Shown one piece after another: positions 1 through 11,187 of a stretch of 36,149 nucleotides of DNA. Below the pieces are notes generated by a model. That model had not been told where the DNA came from. It did no database searches and worked only from the letters and a program-made list of their open reading frames with translations. The number at the start of each line of letters is the position of its first letter. The stretch's first letter is position 1. Source of the stretch: Octopus sinensis (lineage: Eukaryota); NCBI RefSeq assembly GCF_006345805.1, contig NW_021826226.1, forward strand, positions 1 to 36,149, in the 5' to 3' direction. The translations under genes and the position numbers were made by a program.

Positions 1-121
1 GGTATAGCTCTGTTAATAACCTGATATTAGAACTCAGTACACTTCAGAATAAAGTGTTAGTTGGATACAGAGCGTAATAAGAAATTAAATAAATTGTTAC
101 CTCGCCATTTAAATTCGTATA

Positions 122-152
<31 letters not shown>

Positions 153-1603
153 ACACATATACACACAATTGTCTTTACCATTTTGAATATTAATTCCTTA
201 TTGTTACGGTAAGTATATACTTTATTCTTCCTACGGTCAACAAACACATCCATTTAAATAGCTGTCATTGCCCTCGTTATGTATCTTATAGTTTATAGAC
301 TTTTAAAGCCGAACTCCATCGTAATCGGCTGATTTACAACCATATAATTCCATCGCTTCTCATTCCCCTCCTCCTCTCTATTCTCTTTCATAGCCTAATC
401 CTTTTCTTTCGTCACTCATTGCTTTGTTCAGAATACCATTTAGCTAGAGGCAAGTATGTTTATTTTATCTTCTACGTCAACCTCCTCCTAGAAACTTTAG
501 CTCACCCCCTCTTTACATGATGTCTCCCTACTGCCCGGTGGCTAGTCTAACTTATTAATAATTCTAATTTACTTGCTCCTTATGCTCTTGCTATTCTATA
601 TATGGTCTTTTTCATACGATCCCACCCAGCATTGCCCTTCTCTACCCATACAGCACTGGCCACTGCATACTCTATATCTCCCTGTAACTGTTGGACTTGA
701 TATATCTATCCTCTACCATGTTTGTTAGTTTCTCGTGTATTCTCTGCTTCTCTTGCCTAAAGCTCACTTCCGTATACCCGCCCCCACTACTAGTATACCG
801 TTATTTCCTATCAAATCTCTCTCTCATTCTTCCTCTGAAGATGAAATAGATCGTAACCATAATGTAGACTACTGATCGTTTTGGGGAAATGCAGCTTCTT
901 CTCATCTGCTCTTGAAACAGCTGTAGGAGGCTATCGGCACATCTTCCTTCCTCCTTTCATCTCATCCAGATTGAATTGTCCCGACGACCGGCTTTACCTA
1001 ATACCAGCAATTCGGACATATCGTATAACTGTTCGGGGAGAATACTCGCATATGCCAAAACCATTATGAACATTCCCCAATTGCTACTTTATCGATATAT
1101 TTTCTCATCTAAATTCCTGTAACATTCAATTCTACTCTAATGTTGTGTCAACGTTTGGATATACAAAACGTCATAATTTTACTGATGCCAGGTGTTTGCC
1201 CGTTTATGCTTTTATTCTGTTATATACGTATTTGGTCAATTGAAACGCTGCCTGTCGTCAAAATTTATAAGGGAGCTCAGCTTTAACATTCGTTTTTCCA
1301 GTTGCAGTCCAAGATGGAGATTAGTCTGCAAATCGACCTGAACTCTAAATGTATGCGGCAATTATCTTATGTCGTAAGACATTATATTATCTCAGTTATA
1401 TATACATACAGGCGCGCGCGCACACACACACACATACATATGTTTATATACATGTATGTATATATAGGTGCATGTATATACATACATATATATACATACA
1501 TACATACACATATATATATATATATATACATATATGTATGTATAATACACACACACACACACACACAACCACACATATATATATATATATATCTATATAT
1601 ATA

Positions 1604-1652
<49 letters not shown>

Positions 1653-2139
1653 TATTTTTTCTCTGTGAATTATTTGCTCCGTATTGAAATTATTTTCAAA
1701 CTGGTGGCTGCCAGGATTCGGCACAAAACGAATCAGTTGCAGCGCAGACTTGAACGTGATGGTTTGAGGTTCTCCATTATGGTAACGCGTTCTGAGGAAG
1801 GTGAGGCTATTATGCCAGTCCAGAAAGCGATCCACGTGAGTCTAAATACTTGAATGCGTGCCGAGAGACTGTCTTAGCCCTTTTGCCTTCGGACGGTTGA
1901 TTTATCTAGTTATTTATCAGTGTATTTGTCGATTTAAATAAGAGTTTCGACTGTTATTTCCAGCAGGTAGATATACTTAGTATGGCCTTTGATTAATTTT
2001 AATCTGTCCGTTATTTAATGCCTTTTGGGGCCTGCAATCGCCTATATTATTGATTCTGTTATTATCATTTTTAAATTGTTACCTGATAATAATAGTCAAT
2101 GATATCTTCGCAAATATTTTCTCTTGAATTATTTGCTCC

Positions 2140-2215
<76 letters not shown>

Positions 2216-2218
<3 letters not shown>

Positions 2219-2498
2219 TTATATAAAATGAAGTTGTGTTGTGTGTGAGGTCTGTCTCCTCCGATTTAGATTCCTAACTATTCCCACATTTTAACCAAAA
2301 GCGGGTATCTTATAGTCGTGATTCATATAGAGCCCGTCTGGGTATTAGCGCACGTCTACGATGAGTCTACGATTAAAAAAAAATTACCATAATTTTTCCG
2401 CATTTTTAATGATTTTTGCTCGATTTATATAAGGGAAGCAACTCTATAAAAATGCTTATATGGTTACAAACCCGAGCAACGCCGGTCGATACTGCTAG
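2216..2498 (+). mobile_element. Short non-autonomous Helitron
   Basis: Starts with TC (A|TCTTTATATAAAA) and ends with CTAG|T at 2495-2498. An imperfect GC-rich hairpin (acccgagcaacgccggt, 2470-2486) lies 8 nt before the CTAG. Inserted between A and T in a (TA)n tract with no TSD. Confidence 0.75.
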
Positions 2499-2534
2499 TA
2501 TATATATATATATACACATTACCTATACAGGTGC

Positions 2535-2676
2535 AACGGGTGCCACATGTCAGATGTCGAAATGATCGCACTGCAATGTGAAATCAAGTGCTTTGCTCGA
2601 GAACACAACGCAACACCCAGTCTGAGAATCGAACCTATGATCTCGCAATCGTGAGTGCAACACCCTAACCACTAAG
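2535..2676 (-). mobile_element. tRNA-derived SINE fragment (family 3)
   Basis: Minus strand reads cttagtggttagggtgttgcactcacgattgcgagatcataggttcgattctc, with Pol III A/B-box-like motifs. Similar heads occur at 12411 and 20402. Confidence 0.7.
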
Positions 2677-3093
2677 CTTTCACATACACACACGCACACA
2701 CACACACACATTATTGAATTAGGCTATTAGTGGTCGAACCTCTCAAACACACATATATACCACTAACATCATTCTCATTGTGATCCGTGCTGTATAAAAA
2801 TCAATGGAGGATCTCACGTTAGAGAAGATCCTTGTGGATGTAAACCTTTTGTAAGGCGAAATACGAAACTCGAGAGATGTCAGTAGCAAAATAGCAACAG
2901 AAGAAGAGCGATATTGCATTTCCTGACAAAGTCTTTAGACTAAAAATTTGATCTCAGTTTAGATGGTATTTATATAAATGAATATCGCTTAATCTTGTTT
3001 TAATCCGGTCACGTTCTCACTTGATCGTAGGCATGTCCTAGTTAAGCTACTATCTAGTTTACTGTGCAACTCACAAATCCCTCTCTAATATAA

Positions 3094-3094
<1 letters not shown>

Positions 3095-3156
<62 letters not shown>

Positions 3157-3232
3157 AATAATAATAATATATAAGTAATAGTAGTAGTAGTAGTAGTATA
3201 GTAGTCGTAGTAGTAGTAGTAGTAGTAGTAGT

Positions 3233-3268
<36 letters not shown>

Positions 3269-3285
3269 ATAATAATAATAATAAA
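3095..3285. repeat. Compound (TAG)n/(TAA)n microsatellite
   Basis: Direct reading. Confidence 0.95.
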
Positions 3286-3422
3286 TTACAAATTTAACTG
3301 AATCTGAGTTTCATTTTCTACAATATATAATATTAATCGTAATTAATTAGTAAAACGTTGAAATTGTTGCTATTTGAGGACTCTGGCTGAGACTTGGAAC
3401 AGCTCCTCGCATAAAGCAAATG

Positions 3423-3466
<44 letters not shown>

Positions 3467-4219
3467 GATGAGGATGATTTCTTTATTAGCCACAAGGGTG
3501 TGATGAGATATTATTAGCCACAAGGGTGTGATGAGATAAAGGAAATACAGAACTTTCACTGGGGGAGTTACAAACAAAGAAAGACGAAAAGGAAGAAAGA
3601 AAAAGTTGTGTAAAAAAAAGCACGTTTATGAATATTAAGGGGAGGTAAGTGAGGTTACGGAATATATGGAAGGACTTACAAAGTAGTTTAAAAGTTTATA
3701 CATACACACACTCACACACACGTATACTTATAGACACACACGCACACGTATACTTTTACAAGAAGTGAGGTACCAGTGGCTTCTAAGTTCCAGCGTGTTA
3801 GCCTTCGTCAGAGTCAGCCTTCTTTAAGTAAAAGAATATTCAATGTTTCCTTCTATTCAGTAATTGTTCCGTTTAATGTTAAGAATGGTAAATTGCTTTT
3901 CCTACAACTTTGTCATAAACGCAAACATTAATGTTCTTTTTTCCGTTTTCATTCACCCATCATCTTCTCATTTCACTTTTCGCATCAACTTTCTTCTCGA
4001 TCTTTTTTTTCTTTTTTCTTTTTCGTGGTTTCTCATGTACCAGAGTCCTGGTTTTCAAATGGAACAAACCAGGTGTTCGATGCCAGACGATTGCTTGGAG
4101 ACTCATGGCACGTTATGTAATTCTGCCAAATTATGTAATCTCCCTGACAAGAAATTATTAGTAGCTCTAATTTTAATATTGCGTGCATTAAATTATATTC
4201 ATACACACACACATACATA

Positions 4220-4880
4220 CAAAAGCAGTCTGTCATGGACCAATAGCCGGATTACTACCCCCCCCCAACTTTGAAGTGTATCTGTTTGCAATCCAAGAAC
4301 AGGAAATATCAACCAAGTACCTGGTGCACAAAGGGATCAATATGCAGGAAAAGCAGTGAAATGTGACGACCGATGCAGATTCTGTGGAGTTGACAATGAA
4401 GATATCACCAACATCATAAGCAGTTGTCCGAAAATGTCATCACAGTAATATCTATCGATGTAGCTCGGACACTCTATATTGAAATCTATCAGAAGGATAA
4501 CCTCGAGGACAAAGAAATAAGAACCCACAGTATGGTAGAAGCCATAGCTACTCATAATAAAAAGAAGTACTGGTGGAATGTACCAGTGAAGACCTCAATA
4601 AAATGAAAGCACAACAGACCTGATATAATGATTTGGTATAGAGAAGAGTAACTGTGTACAGATTTGGAAATTCGCTGCCCATGTTAACATAAAGCTGAAG
4701 ATCAGTGAAAAAGAGAATATCTACGCTGAACGATTGAGAAATCTGTAGTTATGCTATCCAGGTTACAAGTTCGGGTTTATATCAGTAATTATTGCTTTCA
4801 GCTGACCAGAAAGACACTAGGGTTTCAGTTGCAGAAGATCATTTTGATTGTGTCTAGAATAATGAAAACTTTTTAAAAAC
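4220..4880 (+). mobile_element. Degenerate 3' fragment of an RLE-type non-LTR retrotransposon (R4/Dong-like)
   Basis: Across stops and frameshifts: FEVYLFAIQEQEISTKYL...CRFCGVDNEDITNIISSCPK (CCHC knuckle, H lost), then YWWNVPVKTSIK*KHNRPDIMIW...LEIRCP...KISEKENIY (restriction-like endonuclease domain). Confidence 0.85.
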
Positions 4881-5155
4881 TTTGCATAGGCCTCTGAGCA
4901 GGTATTGCCATGCTTTTGGCAAAGGTTGATGCAGATCCCCTTCTCAACTTTCTCCGTCATGGTCAATGTGACAATAAACATGCCACACATGTTCCTTCCA
5001 AGCATTGCAGTAAACAGCAGAAGTTTGCTAGAACATTAACACTTAGTGCACATGCACAGCAGAGTCCAAGGAGAGTCTGTGCCCAGCAGCTTTACTCTGC
5101 GTGCTTTAGCTTCGTTACTATGGCAACAGTCCGGATACTTATTGATCAAACCACT
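4880..5155 (-). mobile_element. 5' fragment of a mariner element (TIR, leader and transposase N-terminus)
   Basis: Minus strand begins gtggtttgatcaataagtatccggactgttgcc (TIR-like, same family as 12729-13179). ATG at 4960 gives MTEKVEKGICINLCQKHGNTCSEAYAKFLK, resembling the mariner 'EQRICIKFC' HTH start. Confidence 0.75.
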
Positions 5156-5999
5156 TTTATATATATATATATGTTGTTACGCTGCACGCGGCCTCCCGAA
5201 ACCACACGACATTCTGTGTCCGATAGCTCAGAAAACCGCGTAGGCGAGCTCAGCGAACCACCTTGCCTCGAGAAGAAGAATCAGTATTCAAAGACGTCAG
5301 AGGAGTTGAAAATAACAAACAAAACCGTTGAGTAGTACCAAAATACAAGAACTTAATTAAGAAGCCAATAACATCTATGGAAATAAATAAACAGTTCTTT
5401 AGAGAGTTCTTTCAGTTACCTCTGAAATGTGTAGACTTCTTTTTTCTGACCGCTTCTTTTATTTACCAATCTAATGATTTATTTTCTATCTCTTTTTAAT
5501 CTCCTTTTTTCCTCACTGGACTTTTTGTTAGTTCCGAATTCACGGTATCATTCCACCTTCTTTACGTTGCCGAGTTCACTATTTTCGCTGCCAGTCCAAA
5601 ACCTTCCACCATTCACATTAACCGCCGAAACCAGCTTCACACTGGAAATCAAATACTGCTTTAACTGTTCCATACGAATTTTGCCCGGCACCGCCTCACA
5701 CATCGACCGCATGGCACTCAACCATTGACCGTGTAGCACCGGCTCCTACATGGAAAACCGCTCACGTCGACCTTCATCACGTCGCCCGTCGCACATCCTC
5801 TTCCACCATGAACTGACTCGCTCCGTGGGAAACAGTAGTCTTTATACTTCGCCCACACTGTAAAAGCACCTAAAACCATACCGCTTAAGCTTTAAACAGT
5901 CACGTGACCACAAAGAATGATCTTTTTCCTTCTTCGCTTGCAAAACCAGAGTAATGTTGTACAAATGAGAAACTATCTGAATAAATTTCTTTTCGCTCG

Positions 6000-6083
<84 letters not shown>

Positions 6084-6229
6084 GCTACCTTCAAGATTAA
6101 TCAGCCGAAATTGCGAAGATGATCCGGTTCTTGACTGAAGATTGAAGGCTTCGAATGTCCCGTCCGTGTTTTTTGTATCGTCTTCTAAATGTTTCACGTT
6201 CTTGTCCCAGTTTGTATTTTTTTTACATT

Positions 6230-6297
<68 letters not shown>

Positions 6298-6424
6298 ATT
6301 ATATATATATACATACATACATACATACATACATACATACATACATACATACATACATACATACATACATACATACATACACTCACATATTTCATGAAAA
6401 CAAATTAAAGTCCATCATACTGAC

Positions 6425-6657
6425 CTGTACAAGGTTCCGTATAATCGGGTTTTCTTTCGCTACCTTCAAGGTAGCACTGGAATTTTTCCTGCCAGAATTC
6501 CTGGAACCACGGGTTTCGGCTATTATTGTAAGGCTTCAGGTTGAGAAAATGGTGGTCAAAATAGCTAATTGACGGTGAATATAGTTTTATAGATATTCCC
6601 CCGGCGGCTTCTTCCGTGTTCTTCTTCACTACATCCGGTCTCGTTGCCCAGCCGTCA
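6425..6657 (-). CDS. GRM1/GRM5-like: Next coding exon of the same mGluR gene
   Basis: Translates as (S)DGWATRPDVVKKNTEEAAGGISIKLYSPSISYFDHHFLNLKPYNNSRNPWFQEFWQEKFQCYLEGSERKPDYTEPCT(G), containing the SDGW and RNPWFxEFW motifs. Acceptor ...ttctcttttattcaaaAG at 6659-6658, donor GTCAGT at 6424-6419. The split codon AG|T restores Ser in frame with the previous exon. 233 bp; the intervening intron is 6658-9181 (2524 bp). Confidence 0.96.
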
Positions 6658-6704
6658 CTTTTGAATAAAAGAGAACATAGCAAGTGAGGTACACGTTAGC
6701 GAAA

Positions 6705-7230
6705 CACACACACACACACACACACACACGCAGCACACACACACACACGCACACACACACACACACGCACACGCACGCACACACACACACACCACACACA
6801 CACACACAACACACACACACACACACACCACACACACACACCACACACACACACGCACACACACACACCACACACACACACACCGCACACGCACGCACAC
6901 ACACACACACACTCACACACACACACACACACGCAACACACACACACACACGCAGACACACACACACACACACACACTCAGACACACACACACACACACG
7001 CACGCACACACACACACACACACACTCACACACACACACTCACACACACACACACTCACACCACACACACACACACCCACACGCACGCACCACACACACA
7101 CACACACTCACACACACACACACACACACTCACACACACACACACACACTCACACACACACAAACACACACACACACTCACACACACACACACGCACACA
7201 CACACGCACACGCACGCACACACACGTGCA
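6705..7230. repeat. About 520-bp interrupted (CA)n/(TG)n microsatellite
   Basis: Direct reading; ends about 45 nt from the acceptor of the exon at 6425-6657. Confidence 0.97.
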
Positions 7231-7639
7231 TATACGTACATACACAGAGAGATGAATATATACACACACACTGACGCATACATATACATAAAAACATACA
7301 TACAAAATTATATACACATACGTATATACATACACATATGAATATACATACACAAACACACTGAGACATACACATACATACAAGCATACATACATACACA
7401 CACATAAAATCGATAAGAATTAAAATTCTAATATTTGTTTTATCAATTCCGAAAGGAACGAGAAGTAAAGTCAACTCTGGACATTTTCTGCAGCACTATA
7501 CTAGTTCTTTAAACTCCAAACCTTTATTTACTTAATTACCCCCTCGATGAGCAAATTTATAGCTACCCGGCCAGCAAGTTAAGGACTATGCTTTTGCAGA
7601 TTCGCTGATGAAGCATAATAAGACACGAACGTTCACAGT

Positions 7640-7910
7640 CGTCTCCCTTGTTTGCTCTGCCAATAATAAATTCCTGTTCTGCGGACATGTGATTAGAGTT
7701 TTACAGGGAAAAAATCGGAAATTCACCAAGTCGACTGGCAGGAGACCCAGAGCAAACCACAAACGAAAGGGTCGGATAATATCCATGATCTCAGATGGTC
7801 ACGTTTGGGGATCCAGCCGGAAAGTCTAATGAACAGGTGATCGCGAAAAGAAGTCAGAAAAACGATCCCTTCTTTAATGACGGTTGCTTCTGATAAGACC
7901 CCATCGAGGA
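7640..7910 (+). mobile_element. Degenerate 3' end of an RTE-clade LINE
   Basis: KFLFCGHVIR...TGRRPRA, then after a frameshift DNIHDLRWSRLGIQPESL. This resembles the recalled RTE C-terminus 'WFGHVVR...GRRPRGRPRTRWxDYISxLAWxRLGIPPEEL'. Confidence 0.7.
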
Positions 7911-8235
7911 GATATTTGTGAACTCTACCCTTCCCCCCGATTAATGGTCGGAAAAAGATTTCTACATTTTATGTTACTGTCCGTATAAGCATCTATCTTA
8001 TCTTTAATTCTAATCCAGTTCTTCTCAGCCGGGGTCCACATAGGATTTTGTTATTAAACTTTATGTGCAATAGAAAGGTTATGCTTCTACAATACATAAA
8101 TATTTAAAAATATGTTTTTATACAATTCCGCTTGATATTTAATTACAAAAAAATATTAGGATGCTTTAACCATCGAATGACTTTGAGGGTCCAGTAGAGC
8201 AAAATAGGAATCAAAGGAGTCTAATCGGGGCTATC

Positions 8236-8726
8236 TTTTAGCTTTTAGTTAGTTAGTTAGCTTTTAGTTAGTTAGTTAGTTAGCTTTTAGTTAGTTAGTT
8301 AGTTAGTTAATTTGGCTCAAAAGCAAATAGCAAGGCCATGTAGGGGGACATGGAGTTAAGTACAGGGTGGTGTTCATGTAAAGAGTTCAGGCCACTTGAG
8401 GTCAAGGGAGGCTTTGAACAAAGCGGTCGTCGGCATCTTCACCATCTCGTCTGGCAGCTTGTTCCACGGATCCGCAACCCGGACGGAGAAAGCTCCTCTC
8501 CTTCGATTGAGATGAAATCGTCGCAGGTAGAGCTTTTCGGAATGACCCCGCAGCCGACGCTCTGGAGCAGGAGTGAAGAACAGCTCTTTCGAGAGGTTAC
8601 ACTTTCCGCTTATGATGTTGTGGGCGAGAATGAGATCACCACGGCGGCGGCGTTTTTCAAGAGAATAAAGGTCGAGCGTCCTCAGCCTTTCTTCGTAGGA
8701 CAAATTTTTGAGACCATGAACCATTT
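8236..8726 (-). mobile_element. 5'-truncated CR1-clade LINE 3' end with (CTAA)n tail
   Basis: Uninterrupted MVHGLKNLSYEERLRTLDLYSLEKRRRRGDLI...RLRGHSEKL...FSVRVADPWNKLP...FKASLD (typical CR1 ORF2 end). Followed by a short 3' UTR and a (CTAA)n tail at 8236-8309. Confidence 0.92.
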
Positions 8727-9146
8727 CACTTGTTTCGGTCATTTGACTGCGACCATGCTGGAGCATCGTATTGAAACGTATTGAGTCGAATGAATCGCCC
8801 CTAGTACTTTTTCTATCGTCCCTTTTGCCGAACCGCTAAGTTATGGGGAAGTAATCACACCAACACCGGTTGACAAAAGGTAGTGGAGGACAAACACAGA
8901 TAGAAATACACGCATACATACATATACACACACAGACACATATACACACACAAATATACATACAGATATATGTATACGACGGGCTTCTTTCAGTTTCCGT
9001 CCACCAAATCCACTGACAAGGCTTTTGTCTGTAAAAGGCTATAGTAGAAGTAACACTCGCCCAAGTTGTCACGCAGTGGGACTGAATCCGGAACCATGTG
9101 TGGGGGTGGGGTGGGGGGCAGACTTCTTACCGCACACGGTCACGCT
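8724..9146 (-). mobile_element. tRNA-derived SINE (family 1), near full length
   Basis: Head gtgtgcggtaagaag...catggttccggattcagtcccactgcgtg, internal (CA/TA) tract, and tail cagcatggtcgcagtcaaatgaccgaaacaagt. Aligns by eye with the copies at 24847-25270 and 32633-32979. Confidence 0.85.
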
Positions 9147-9181
9147 GGAGCCATCACACACACACGCAAAAAAAAGCTTAC

Positions 9182-9428
9182 CTTCCTATGAGCAGGAATT
9201 TTCCAACGACGTCTTGTCGTCTGGTAGCCATGAAGAAATTCTTCACCGTCATTCCTTCACAGAAACACACCACCACTTTGGCGCGACTCGTCTCCATCAA
9301 ACTCTTCACTAAGTTGTCGAACTTCATGTCATTCGCATTACTCTGGATGCCCTCACTCGTTGCGATACACACGTTGTGGGTCTTGGCCAATCGCTTGAAT
9401 GTGTCCATACCACTTGAGCCGTAGCTAC
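9182..9428 (-). CDS. GRM1/GRM5-like: Coding exon of a metabotropic glutamate receptor (class C GPCR, Venus-flytrap domain), group I-like
   Basis: Translates as (G)SYGSSGMDTFKRLAKTHNVCIATSEGIQSNANDMKFDNLVKSLMETSRAKVVVCFCEGMTVKNFFMATRRQDVVGKFLLIG(S). This matches the recalled mGluR5 stretch GNYGESGMEAFK...KARVVACFCEGMTV...FLLLGS. Acceptor ...tttttaacccaAG at 9430-9429, donor GTAAGC at 9181-9176. 247 bp, phase 1 in and phase 2 out. Confidence 0.96.
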
Positions 9429-9651
9429 CTTGGGTTAAAAAGCAAACAAAAAGTAAATGTTGTTATATCAAGTTTAGCTATTGCGTCATACACGTGGACG
9501 AACGGATCGCAGTGGGGTGGTTGCAGGTTCAATTCCACTGTGCAGTATAAAGGGTAAGTAACATTAGACAGACCAATATCTTTTCGGGGAAATTTAATGA
9601 GTAGAAATTGTACTGGATCTCATCATACATATTTATTTATAAGGACACATA

Positions 9652-9690
<39 letters not shown>

Positions 9691-9704
9691 GAAGGAAAGA
9701 AAGG

Positions 9705-9742
9705 TGAGTTTACGTTTCGAGCAATGCTCTTCTTCAGAAACA
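9705..9742 (-). ncRNA. Minimal type I hammerhead ribozyme motif (family A), stem I damaged
   Basis: Minus strand: gttt-CTGAAGA-A-GAGC-att-GCTC-GAAA-C-GT-A-aac. Core and stem II are intact; stem I is one nt short compared with the 21485 copy. Confidence 0.7.
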
Positions 9743-9876
9743 GGAGACAGAGAAAAAATTGCCAACAATTCACATGTGGTTACATTTTGAAATGACCAAT
9801 ATACATACATACATACATACAAATACATATGTACATACATACATACATACAAATACATACATATATACATACATAC

Positions 9877-9922
<46 letters not shown>

Positions 9923-10005
9923 CACGTTTATCAGTTCGTTTAGCAATACGGTATTGAGCACTCATTTTCATCGTTCGACATCTGCGTATATAGAGATACA
10001 TATAA

Positions 10006-10037
<32 letters not shown>

Positions 10038-10040
10038 GTA

Positions 10041-10099
<59 letters not shown>

Positions 10100-11187
10100 T
10101 ATATATATATACTATATATATATATGTATGAATATATATATTATATATAATGTATATATACATTTTACACATATTTACATTTTGTATGTGTGATCCTTGC
10201 TTTAAGCAGAGATAGGGAATTAAATCTCCGGCGCTAAACAACAACGATACAGAAAAATGAGATAAAAAGGATTTAAGCAGTTTTTCATCTTTCATTTCCT
10301 CAGGAAAATTCGGAAATATTCTTATCTGTATGTGAAGAAACGACGCCTTCATTACTTCAAACTAGTATTCCTTTTATCATGATCATGATCATCATCATTA
10401 TTATTATTATGATTTGCAAATATATAAACATACATATATACGTGCACACATTTACTCCATATATATGTATGAGCGTATCTCTTTCCTCCTCTCTCTCTCT
10501 GTCTCTGTCTCTCAATCTATCTATCTACCTATATAAATATATATTGATATTTAGCAGAAGCAATTATCAAACAACACCGTATATATGTATATTACCATAC
10601 TTATAAATACACATATATGCAAACATATATATATATATTACCGTACCTATACATTTATACACACACACACTCACACTCATATATAACTTTTACAAATTCT
10701 AAGGAGAAGTAGAACATGTATATCAAAGAATAATATTCTCTCATACAAGACACTTTCAAATCAAGAAGATATACATCGCCATTCAATTGGTTTCTTATCA
10801 AAAGCAATTTGTAATCTGCTGAACAATAAATTTATTAAATTTAAACTAAGTTTTTCGTGGGAGAACACGAAGTCAAACTACAAATAAAAGCGTCCAGTGG
10901 TGAAACATCTGTCTGTCTGCAGATGTGTGTTCGTGTCCCACTGGCGACCCACGATGTTTTCTGTGAAAAGAGATTTTTAACCCAATGCTTATACGCTGTT
11001 ATTCATGACAATGTATGGAAATCATAAGTTTTCGATTTAATCTTGCGTAGAAGCAGCTATGAAACAGTTCTGCGTTTATACACGACTCTGTACATATTGT
11101 AATGGATTAAGTAATCTTTATCTTCCCAGACAAAATTTCTGTGCTTTTTCCACCTTACAGCTTTTTTGGGGATTTACTATTTATATA

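Noticed and set aside
240-1100. Possible highly decayed LINE on the minus strand
   Set aside because: Purine-rich and coding-like in texture, but no motif I can name with confidence.
1925-1975. Plus-strand RT-like peptide VFVDLNKSFD and minus-strand cagtcgaaac
   Set aside because: Short isolated motifs amid stops, with no supporting RT blocks and no CTGANGA core.
3785-3825. Minus-strand CTGACGA-A-GGC...GCT-GGAAC
   Set aside because: The core is mutated, there is no GUH, and stem I has only 2 bp. It may be a decayed ninth copy but cannot be supported.
5480-5900. GC-richer segment with a 63-aa minus-strand ORF (possible LINE ORF1 or next mGluR exon)
   Set aside because: No resemblance to the expected mGluR sequence (QDSKxGFVINAIY-like) and no identifiable domain.
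6125-6175. Hammerhead-like CTGAAGA...GAAG/CTTC...GAAT-GTC
   Set aside because: GAAT instead of GAAA and no convincing stem I.
8236-8309. Telomere-like (TTAG)n
   Set aside because: It is not TTAGG/TTAGGG and is best explained as the 3' tail of the adjacent CR1.
8374-8766. 130-aa ORF as a host gene
   Set aside because: It is SINE tail plus CR1 ORF2 3' end and has no genuine start.
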